A DNA stretch of 64,000 nucleotides from Octopus sinensis (taxonomy: Eukaryota). The translations under genes and the position numbers were made by a program. The notes below the pieces were generated by a model, which saw only the letters and a list, made by a program, of their open reading frames with translations, had not been told where the DNA came from and did not search any database. Position 1 is the first letter of the stretch. Every line of letters starts with the position of its first letter. The DNA is taken from contig NC_042997.1 of assembly GCF_006345805.1 (NCBI RefSeq), forward strand, positions 66,526,001-66,590,000, read 5' to 3'. Below, piece by piece: positions 53,625 through 64,000 of this stretch.

Positions 53625-55899
53625 TCATGACTGTGAGGTAAGAAGTTTGCATCTGAACCACATGGTTTTGAGTTCAGTTCCACTTTGGGCAAATGTCTTC
53701 AACTACAGCCTGGGGTGACCAAAACCTTATGAGTGGAAATTGAAAGAAGCTTGGTGTGTATACGTGTGTGTGTGTGTGTGTGTTTGTCCCCACCACCAAT
53801 TGACAACCAGTGTTGGTTTGTTTACATCCCCATAACTTAGCAATTTGGCAAAAGTGCCCGATAGAATAAGTTCTTAGAAACAAGTTCTGGGATTGATTCA
53901 TGCAAGTAAAAACCCCTCAAGGTAGTGCCCCAGCATGGTCACAGTCAAATTTTGAAACAAAGCATTCCTTGAATGATTTATCTACTATTAGATGACTGAT
54001 TCAATTACTTGACTTCTTTTTTTTCTCAATGAATGATCAATATTATTGCCTTATGGAAGGGGCCAGTGGGGCTTAGATTCTATTCTGGCAACACTTACAA
54101 GAGTTGAATTTAAGACTGTAATCAAGGGAGCACTTGTTAATTTTAATGCTGCCACTACTTACAGCAGAAGGCTTGGTCATTGAGGAGTTTTAAATACAGA
54201 CACAGTACAGAACAGAACAAGACATATTTTTAAAAGAAAGAGCATCCTTGAAACTGAGAAATACAAAAATAGAAAAAAAAACTGATACACAATTTTATTT
54301 CTCAATCAAGTGAATTAGAATTAAATTGTAGTGGTGTTGAGTGGCAATGTTTTTAATTTCCAAAGATCTGAATCAAATGAAATACAAACTAGAGGTTCAA
54401 ACCCTGTTACAAACTGTACAAAATCACTAGCCTCCTTCTTTCTTATCAGTAGTGATGCGTGGTTTGGTGGAGCTACAAAGGGAATGGACCTTTCTTGGGC
54501 CCTTCAATACAGTTGGTTGAGAAAGCAAGAGTGGTGGGGATAGACAGAGACAACAAAAGAAGTGAGGAAATGACTCCAATACTAGACTGGTACTTTATTT
54601 AATGACCCCCAAACAACAGAAAAGACTTCAGTGGGATTTGAACTCAAAGTGCACAAAGCTGGGACAAATATTCTTTTCTACTCTAGGCACAAGGCCTGAA
54701 ATTTTTTGGAGAGGGGGCCAGTCGATTAGATCAACCCCAGTAATTTATCAACCCTGAAAGGATGAAAGGCAAAGTCGATCTCGGCAGAATTTGAACTCAG
54801 AATGTAAAGACAGACGAAATACTGCTAAGCATTTTGTCCGGCATGCTAATGTTTCTGCCAGCTCACCGCCCTAAAGCTGGAACAAATATTGTATTTCATG
54901 CTGACACTCTAATGACTGCCAATTAGCTGTCTATACTACTAATAATTTGCTAACTTATTACAAGGGAAAACCCGACCAGTATGGAGAAATCATATGAAGT
55001 CATGCCAAAGCCACAGTCATGGTCGTGACAACTGGCTGCTGATCACAAAATACCAATCTACACTATACTGTCTGTATGTCAGGTAATTTATTGAGTTAAT
55101 CTAAGTGGTAATAGTTCTGTTATTAGTTCAAGGATGTATTTTGTAGGAATATATGAGTTTATATTTCATGGAAATTACTGGTAATATCATACCTGTTTGT
55201 ACAATACTTCATGTATTACACTTCTCTTGTGATGAACACCGTAACTCAGAAATCAAGATAGCTATATTCATTCTTAGCTAGAAATAGAAAGAAATTTGTA
55301 TTTTTAATATTAACATAAGAAAATCTTGTAACTTAATCATAACATTTATTATTGATTTTTTTATGCTGGCAAAGTATCCTAACTTCACAAAGGAATTGAC
55401 TGCAGTACGTTTAAATAATCTCCAGAAAAATGTAATCTTTGAGGGAATTTGAACTTAGAATATAGAAGTCTAAACTAAATATTCTTTTCTACTGTAGGCA
55501 CAAGGCCCGAAATTTTTTGGAAGGGGGCCCAGTCGATTAGATCGACCCTAGTACGCAACTGGTACTTAATTTATCGATCCCCGATAGGATGAAATGCAAA
55601 GTCGACCTCGGCGGAATTGAACTCAGAACATAGACAGACGAAGTCCAAACTAAATATCATATGACACATAGTCCTGCGCTCAACCACTTCTAGCTTTTAT
55701 TAATTTTTTTTTTTTTTTACCTGAATCTCTGTACGTGATCATGCGACTAGCTATTAATAGCAGTCGGCTCTCCCTTTAAATTACACTCTACCGCCTTAAA
55801 GAAAAAGGGGACACTGACTAATGATATACAATACACGAAATACTCGGGAAGTCGGTACAACAGCATGGGTGCCTTTCATCATAGGCCTACCCGATCAGA

Positions 55900-56517
55900 G
55901 CCGACTTCAAGCAAAGGAACTCTAGATTTCGTTAGGGTAGTTAAATTGACTAAGAACTGTTTATTATGAGGTCATTAACAACTATATAATTTCTCAAATA
56001 TTAATTTTTCGGGAAGCCTTTTTTAAAATTTATCAACCTTAAAATGTTTAACAAGAATGAATGAACATGTTTCTTTAATTACTTGAGAATTTCAGGAGTG
56101 CTCGAGGTAGACACACTTATTTACAGTTAGGTATAACAAAATATGACGGTTGAGGATATATTTCAAGAATAATATTTTAAGTAATACAATGTCAATTATT
56201 CTTCGAATAAAAAAAGGAGCAATTAATGCTAATCACAGGAGGAAGTAAATATTCAATTAAAAATATAACATTGTTTACATCTGAGACATCGCAGCAGGTT
56301 CAGTTATTTGATTAGAAGTAGCTTTTCTTGAACGCAAGAAATGTAAGTTTCGTAAACTAAGTCAATCATTTTAGTGAATTTAATTTCAGCTATTATTCAT
56401 TTAAAATAGTTTTTATTAATATATTTAATGACGTTTTATTTTATTCTGTCAGTTATGGCTATTTTAAATTGATAAAATGAACTTGTTACATCGTAGCAAA
56501 CAATATGAATATTAAAA
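55900..56517. promoter_or_regulatory. Probable shared (divergent) promoter and 5' UTR region of METTL5 and INO80C; candidate INO80C 5' UTR intron 56343-56452
   Basis: The genes diverge with ATGs at 53582 (-) and 56518 (+). This stretch is free of SINEs. GTAAGT at 56343 and a polypyrimidine-CAG acceptor ending at 56452. No TSS data. Confidence 0.5.
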
Positions 56518-56628
56518 ATGGCGACAGTCGGCAAAAGTCCTTCGAAACGGAAATCAACAAAATTAAAAAGTTCCACAAGCAGTTCTTTGGGTGCCCCTCC
56601 AGCATCGAAAAAGAAGAAATCGAATCCT
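56518..56628 (+). CDS. INO80C: INO80C (IES6) coding exon 1 (MATVGKSPSKRK...PPASKKKKSNP), 111 nt
   Basis: Basic/Ser-rich N-terminus with ASKKKK, as in vertebrate INO80C. Donor CCT|GTAAAT, phase 0, in frame with the next exon. Confidence 0.82.
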
Positions 56629-58312
56629 GTAAATATGAATAACATGCTAATTTCTATTTATATATTCAAATTGAAAGGCTTTTCTTTTCATTTTAATTCA
56701 TTTAAAGGTTACCGATTTACAGAATCCTTATAGCATTAGACAAAATGTTTGCGGCATTTAGTTGCAGGACTTTTATGCTTTGAATTTAAATCATATATAG
56801 GTCGATTAAAATTACTATAAAGCATTCTAAGTATGAGTGGAATTGTAATAGAGGACATAGATATTTTTCACTGTTGGCCTTTTTTTTTATCTGTTTATAT
56901 GCTCACTTCATGTTGGTATGAAGTTTTGGACGTATAGGAGAGTTGGAATCAGTTAAGTTAGGACAAGCTGACTTAAGCTGTGAGTAGACAGGATGTCAGA
57001 CGACAAGCTTAAGGTTCAGTACTTTGTACTTTGTAATTAGGACTGTGCTGATTCCGTGGCTAAGTCTACATAGATCTAGGTACGTACCAGAAGTGGTATT
57101 AGTTTATCACAGTAAGTACCTGCTACACCAAACAACACAGGTGTTGGCTTGCAGTATTGAGTTCAGTTCTTCCACTGCAAAAGGCTGTGATCGTTGAAGA
57201 TTTTCTCCAAAGAAGCAATTATCTTTAATCCACTCAGCCTTAGAGAAGCTGGAGTTGAGCACCAGCCCTGTGTGTCCTTCAGATTTGGGAATGATTAGCC
57301 TATATAGTCCACATAATGAAAACAGGCTATTATAGTTCGTTGTGCATGAAAATTAAGAAATACAGATCAGTACACATCGTTGTTTTTGAATGGTTTAGAG
57401 AGACAGTAACACAGTTCCCTGTCTGATTTTTCATTGGCACCAGACTATACTGGTCTGTATCCCTTTTCTTAGACATTAAGTTGCATGTATATAACTTTTA
57501 GTGACATAACCACTATATCTTTGATACTCATTACATCTGTTAGAGATCTTGACTGTATCAGTTTGCTCTCCCTTTATATTTTATTGCAGACTTGTTTATG
57601 TTTGAGCTCAAAGAAAGTGGAAGTAACCATTTCAGTTGAGCACTAAGATAAATATGCATTACAATAATTCAGCATCTTGCTTTTAGGTTCAAGGTAAAAA
57701 TCCTATTGGGCTCATCTACATCAGAAGTTCTTAGAATCCCAAGTCACATTCTTCTCCTTGCAATCCCAGGTTTTTTCACTTCATTTTTTTCTCACTGTTA
57801 GATTTTTATGATAATAATTATTGAAACAATTTATAAATCTAATTAACTTTATTACATTGCTATCAAATGATAAAAAACAATTGTATTTCAATGGTTCATA
57901 AAACTCACCTTTGATTCAGTACCCAAATACATTGTTGTGAAGGCCAAAAGCGTCATCAAAAATAATATAAAAAAGTGGGTAATAATGAAATTGTGACGAC
58001 ATAGGTTTCATTAATTTATATTTCAGAGTTACAGCTAATTAAAGATTTATACATTAAACCAAAGTGATATAAGTCTTCGTATCCAGACTAGTCAGTTGAT
58101 ATCAACTTGAAATAGCCGCAGTTTCCAAAAGCCATCTGAGTATCATATTAATATGAGTGCACTTTTTAAACCTGTTATTGAATTGTTCTGAATGGGACAA
58201 AGTTTGATGTGGCAACTTTTGTGAACTGCTAATTTTTGACCATCCATATAGTTGTGCATATTGGGTATTATATATGTGTGTGTATAGAGTATTAGAAGTA
58301 TACAGATATTGG

Positions 58313-59486
58313 ATATTGAGAAAAGAGGAGGTCACCAGAATTTTGGAAAAAAAGTTTTTTATTTAGTCATTATTATTATTACCACTTTCGTTTGTCTTTG
58401 AACTTGTCAAATAAAATTGTGAATGTGCAAACAGTTTGTTCATTTATATAAACCAGATGGTTTTTTTTTTTGCTTTGTTTAGAAGAGAACATTGTTTTTG
58501 TTTTTTGGTGGAGTGAGGTTCCAGGACAATGGAGATAGATAGACAGACAGACAGATAGATAGGTAGAGAGAGGGAAGGGGAGAGATTTCTTTTTTGCCAT
58601 TGTATAGCTACTGGCATGAGACATGAGTTCAAGAATGGTGGCCACTTTTAAGATGGGGATAAAATGAAAAAAGGATGGAACATAAAAGTTCTATGAAAAA
58701 TTAAATATATATATATATATATATATTATTATTATATGTAGAAAAATACAAACTGGGACAAGAACGCAAAACACTTAGAAGACGATACAAAAAACACGGA
58801 CGGGACATTCGAAGCCCTCAATCTTCAGTCAAGAACCTGATCATCGTAGCAATTTCGGCTGAATGTATATACACGCATGTGTGTGTGCCTGTGAGTTCAT
58901 GTGTTTGGAAATCTGTCTATGTCTACATTGTGTAATTTCGTTGTTTTGCATTGAAAAATGAAGTTGGGTTTCTTTTAATTTCATGTTTTTGCATGAACAA
59001 ATGTTAGTACAATATTTACAAATCAGAAAAATAAAACCCACTGTTATAAATGTTGGAGCAGAAATAACAGTAATAGTGTATTTTTGTCTCTTTCCTTTTC
59101 ATTATTTCCCCATTTTAAAAGAGGTCACCATTCTTGAACTCATGTCTCATGCCAGTAACTATCCAATGGTAAAAAAACATTCCAAATTGAAAAGAAATCC
59201 CTCCCCTCCCTCTCTCTACATATCTATCTGCCTGTCTGTCTATCTACCTATCCATCTACCTATCCATCTATCTACCCATCTATCTCCATTGTCCTGGAAG
59301 CTCACTAAAAAGAAAAAAATGTTCTATTCTAAATAGACCAAAAAAAAACACCTGATTCATATAAATGAACAAATAGTTTACATATTCACTATTTTATTTG
59401 ACAAGTTTGAAGACAGACTAAGTGCTAATAATAATGACTAAATAAAAAAATTCTTTTCCCAAAATTCTGCCGACATCCTCTTTTCT

Positions 59487-59492
<6 letters not shown>
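58313..59492. repeat. Long inverted repeat (arms about 58313-58675 and 59093-59492) in INO80C intron 1
   Basis: The arms are reverse complements. The mirror ORFs 58379-58645(-) and 58983-59336(+) both translate TILELMSHAS.Y.M.KK. Confidence 0.85.
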
Positions 59493-59537
<45 letters not shown>

Positions 59538-60561
59538 ATACAATGTATATATCATCATTTTATGCCAGCATGGATGACGGATATTAAATGATGATGATGA
59601 ATGAGAACTGTATACAGAGTACATTCTTTTTCAGTAGATCTAAGGATTTGAACATAAAACCAAACACAAGGTACTTTATCCTATGTTGTACTACTATATT
59701 TATGAACAAAAAAATATTGGAGTATTAAAATAAAATTTAGTTATACTCCTAGATTATTTTAGTGAAATTCTTATTGAAAACTAAGTTCCTCCTGTTTGAG
59801 AATCCCTGATCTACATCTTTAATCTTCCCAGGATCAATAAAATAAATATTGGTTTCAAATTTTGGTACAAGGCCAGCAACTTTGGGGGAGGGGGAAGTCA
59901 GTTACATCAATCCCAGTGTTCAGAAAGGGATGAAAAGCAAAGATGACTTTGGCAGAACTTGAAATCAGCATAAAGATGGATGAAATGTTACCAAGCATTT
60001 TGCCCTGTGTGCTTAATGGTTCTGCCAGCCTGTCCCTTTCAATAATAAAATAAATATTTCTAACATATTAGAAGTGATTCAACTATACATGCGCCCCTTC
60101 AATATTTGTTCTTGAACTTCAATATAAAAAAAAATCAGAGGCAACTAGGACAGCAGTAGATTGGAACATATGTTTTACAGTGGTACCTCACTGTTTCATC
60201 TCTGATGCCAATTCTGAGGGTATTGTCTTCCAAGATATAGTTGTTTACACTATTTCTGATACTTATTTTTATCAACAATGTACTTCTTTTTACAGCCTCA
60301 AAACTATGATAGATAAAGTGAATCTAGGTGAGATTTCAATTCAGAATGTATAAGAATATAACAAAATACAAAGTATTTTGTTTAATACTTTACTGTTTCT
60401 GTTATATCCATGAACAAGAATTAAAAAGGAAAGAAAATAAATTTACATTTGCTTCTAGATTATTTTGATAAAATAATCTCCCCTAAAATATTCTATTTAT
60501 TTTGTTGCCTATCTTGAAATATTCACCTTTTTTCTTTATGTATTTTATTTTCAACAAACAG

Positions 60562-60666
60562 ATCCCTCCTCTTCCGCCAGTAGAAAATGAAGAACTAGAA
60601 GATCCAAATATGACAACAACAGAATATGTTGAGAGAATTCCAATTTTTAAAGATCCTAATTTTGTG
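60562..60666 (+). CDS. INO80C: INO80C coding exon 2 (IPPLPPVENEE...RIPIFKDPNFV), 105 nt
   Basis: Conserved P.FKDPNFV motif. Acceptor aaacag|ATC, donor GTG|GTATAT; phases 0/0. Confidence 0.92.
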
Positions 60667-61885
60667 GTATATATATTTTTAGCTTTATGAGATTTGCATT
60701 ATTTCATAATATTCACTTGTTTGATGGTATTGTTATTCTTTATAAACTCCCATATAAGGTAGAATAGAGAAACAGACCTGCTAACAGGATTTGAACCATG
60801 AATCCATCACTTCATTGAGTTGTTTCATTGATAACAATAATAATAGCCATGAAAATAATGATGATTAAAAAGAAGCTGTTTCTACATATTTTACAAACTT
60901 AGTAATATTAGTTTCTGTCTGACCAACTCAGCAATGTAAAGCTTGCTTCTGTTTAACCATTATCAAGCTAGTTTCTATAATTTAAACAGAAATGACCCGA
61001 GAGAAATAACTAAGAGTGGCCAGTAGCATGTATTTGAACAACACAGACAAATACAGGCATATCAAATACCATACAGCATAATTCTTGATTTATCAAAATT
61101 ATCTTCACCTCTATATCAAGTAGCAACAAAGACCAGCTCCACTTAAGAAGTAGAGATAATCTCAAGAATCAAGAATTTTCCAAAACTAACATGCTACTAA
61201 AGACAAGGACAGGATTATGATCTGAAGAGGCAGTCAAGGATTTTGTTTCTGCTTCAGTAGCCTTTATCAATATGACAATTGTCCAACTTTATCTCTAATA
61301 ACCAAGAGATTCAGACTTATGCAAAAAAGAGTAGGACACATTTATGGCTTAGGTATTAGCATAATTTAAATGAAAATGAGCTGAGAAAAATAACTCAGTG
61401 GCCAGAGGCAATTAACTCAACAATGTTAGTTTTTATGTCTGACCAACTCATTAATATAAAACTAGTTTCTGTTTAATTACCTCAGCATTATCAAGCTAAT
61501 TTCTACATCTGTTTTGCTAACTGAGCAGTGTCAAGCTAGAGAGGTTTTTTTTTGTGTGTGTATGTTTGATCAAATCATGTGTAAAGCTAGCTTCACATTA
61601 TTGAGTTAATCAGATATAGAAACTAGGTTGATAATACTGAGCTTGTTGAACAGAACAGTTTTTGGCTGACCAACTCAGCAATGCTAGCTAGTGTCTGTTC
61701 CTGTTCAACTAATTCAGCAATGCAAAGTCATTTTGTGTGAGTTTAACAAAATTTCTATGAAAAAAAAAAAGTTGTGAGAAGCTTGCTTCCCAACCACATA
61801 GTTCTGGGTTCAGTCCCACTACATGCCACTACATGCAAGAATCTCATTGCACATATACATACACACACACACACACATATATACA

Positions 61886-61955
<70 letters not shown>

Positions 61956-62214
61956 CTATGTTTGTACCCCAACTGTCGTTTGACAACCAATGTTGGTGTG
62001 TTTAGGTCCCCATAACTTAGCAGTTCAGCAAAAAAGACCGATACAATAAGTACTAGGCTTACAAAGAAGAAGTCCTGGGGTTGACTTGTTTGACTAAAGG
62101 CAGTGCTCCAGCATGGCTACAATCAAATGACTGAAACAAGTAAGAGAAGGAAAATAAAAGACTATATGCATTTCCACAATCCTTACACATTTTCATACAT
62201 TGACTCTATTTAAG

Positions 62215-62320
62215 CATTCTACAAAAGGAGCAGCTGGTGCCAAGAAAAGAGGATGGAAAAACCTGAAACAAATAGTAGCATCTGAGCGAGCTGTACAATG
62301 GCCAGTCAGTGCTGTCACTT
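62215..62320 (+). CDS. INO80C: INO80C coding exon 3 (HSTKGAAGAKKRGWKNLKQIVASERAVQWPVSAVT), 106 nt
   Basis: Hallmark WKNLKQI.ASER motif. Acceptor tttaag|CAT, donor T|GTAAGT (phase 1). Confidence 0.95.
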
Positions 62321-62799
62321 GTAAGTCTTTATCACATCACATGGTTTATCTGAATGTTAACAAAAAAAAAAATATATCATCTTAGACATTTGTTTTTATC
62401 ATTGATACTTATGTGTTGAGATTAGCTAATCACTGAAATTAGATTTGTTCCAATATTGATATAAGTTTACCCTGAATTATTGTTGATATAAGTTTACCCT
62501 GACATCATTGTTGTCATCATCATCACCATCTTCACTGCCACTTCCTCCTCCTTCTACTGGTCAATTTGTGCCATTAGAGTGTCCCTGTTCCAAAAGGACA
62601 AACTCTTTTAGGTTTGGTGTCATGAGCTGGCAAGATTGTTAGCATGCTGGACAAAATACTTCGTGGCATTTCGTCTGTCTTTACATTCTGAGTTCAAATT
62701 TCTCCGAGGTTAACTTTCATCTTTTCAGGGTTGATGAAAGCCACTCATCTGATTCGCATAAAGTTACTCACAGAAGTGTTCCAGCCTCTGACCCACAAA

Positions 62800-63130
62800 T
62801 GTGTTGTCTCCTCTCCCTTTGCCTTTTCTGCTGCAACTCTAATGGCCTTTGCTCCTTGGGACTGACTCATTCCCTCCTCAAACAGGCATTCCTGACCCAC
62901 TCATCTCTCCTTCTTTCATCAGCTATATTGTGTCCAACCCTACCAGGCCCCACACTAATCACTATGCCTAGTCATTTCCAGATCATTGAACCTTGGAATT
63001 CCCTCCTTGCTCCTTCCAAAAGGTGTTGACTTGCGAAGGTTCAATAGGAACATTAATGATATTGATTTTATTGTTCTAAGTGGGTTTGAAAAGATTATGG
63101 ACACTGGCCCTCATCTGGACTCAATACAAT
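62800..63130 (+). mobile_element. Decayed CR1/L2-type LINE 3' end in INO80C intron 3
   Basis: The remnant PWNSLL...F.R.IN followed by a 3' UTR resembles the CR1/L2 ORF2 C-terminus. Confidence 0.4.
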
Positions 63131-63752
63131 TTCACTCTATTAAACCAGATAACTTAATATTTTGATAGTGTTCGAGCTCATAAGTTTCAATCAATAATCC
63201 AAAATGTTAACCCCTAATTCCTCTTGCAGCAATGAAATTATTAACACTCTGTAACAAATTTTTCATTATTATTATTTTTTTTTTATCTTTGGTCAATAAG
63301 TGTTATTTCTTATTTGCTTCTAGTAGTCAGGGGAAATGACTACTACTCCCTTCAAACTTTTCTGTTGTTACCTGGACATCAATGTTTTGAAATTGACCTG
63401 TTTTCCATTATATTTCAAGCAGATTCAGTGCTGAGTTGCTGAATCACAAATAATGTTATAACAAATATTCTGCACAATACCACATATTTACTTGTCAGTT
63501 GCTTGACCTTAACCAGTTGAGCATCTCTGATCATGAGTATGAGTAGTGGGGGAGCATCATAACCAAGTGTTGAAAGGGATTCTTTAGAGTTTGAATAAAT
63601 GTAACAAAAGCAACGTTTGAAGGAAATATTAGTCATTTTTCATACTTTATAGGAGTAAACAGATTGGAAATAACCAGGACAAAATAGCATGTTACACTGT
63701 AATTTAATAGTTCTTTAGTGAAAATTTTCCACCTTACTGTTACTATTTTCAG

Positions 63753-63820
63753 ACAGTAGCATAGAGGGACCACCATCATTCAAACCTGCAAAAAAATATT
63801 CAGATATATCTGGTCTACAT
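63753..63820 (+). CDS. INO80C: INO80C coding exon 4 (YSSIEGPPSFKPAKKYSDISGLH), 68 nt; gene continues beyond the window
   Basis: Found by manual translation; not in the ORF track. Start of the YL1_C domain (SI..PPSFKPAKKYSD.SGL). Acceptor tattttcag|AC, donor CAT|GTAAGT. Confidence 0.95.
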
Positions 63821-64000
63821 GTAAGTACACTTCAAAAACAAAATTTGTTTACTATTTGTTTGTGTTAATATCAACTGTGAGAATCTGGCATTTAAATATA
63901 TACATATATAATAAATGAATAATGATTTCTCTCATTGACAGGTCACAAGTTTTGTTCCCCATACATAACTGGTACTAATTTTATCCTAAGTTAAGGATGA

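Noticed and set aside
63942-63968. Possible final INO80C exon after ttgacag
   Set aside because: Translates VTSFVPHT*, with no similarity to the expected A.YTDP..KLR C-terminus. The true exon must lie beyond the window.

Overview
AT-rich eukaryotic genomic DNA, dense in microsatellites and repeats. It is most likely an octopus: the tRNA-derived SINE families, (TGA)n-tailed RTE-type elements and (TA)/(CA)/(TATG) tracts match what I recall of Octopus genomes, and this is an inference. Two host genes sit head-to-head. METTL5 (18S rRNA m6A methyltransferase) is on the minus strand: 5 coding exons from 53582 to 38981, 220 aa, all GT-AG, phases consistent. INO80C/IES6 is on the plus strand: 4 coding exons from 56518 to 63820, with the last exon beyond the window. 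Positions 1-38 kb contain no recognisable host coding exon and are mostly transposon-derived: two SINE families, RTE 3' ends, a CR1 RT fragment, decayed hAT transposases, mariner and Charlie relics, two Helitrons and tandem arrays. The main observations are as follows. (i) Several type I hammerhead ribozyme motifs occur, one with an intact core at 19346-19397. (ii) A GGATCT-ended foldback family has 8-bp target duplications; one copy encloses about 300 bp of TTAGGG repeats and a sister copy has none. (iii) An uninterrupted CR1 RT reading frame starts at a strong splice acceptor 54 nt after the METTL5 stop, in phase with METTL5 exon 3. (iv) There is a pri-miRNA-shaped hairpin at 1161-1234. (v) Long inverted repeats lie in introns of both genes. 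Exon and motif coordinates were read base by base; most repeat boundaries are approximate, and nothing was checked computationally.
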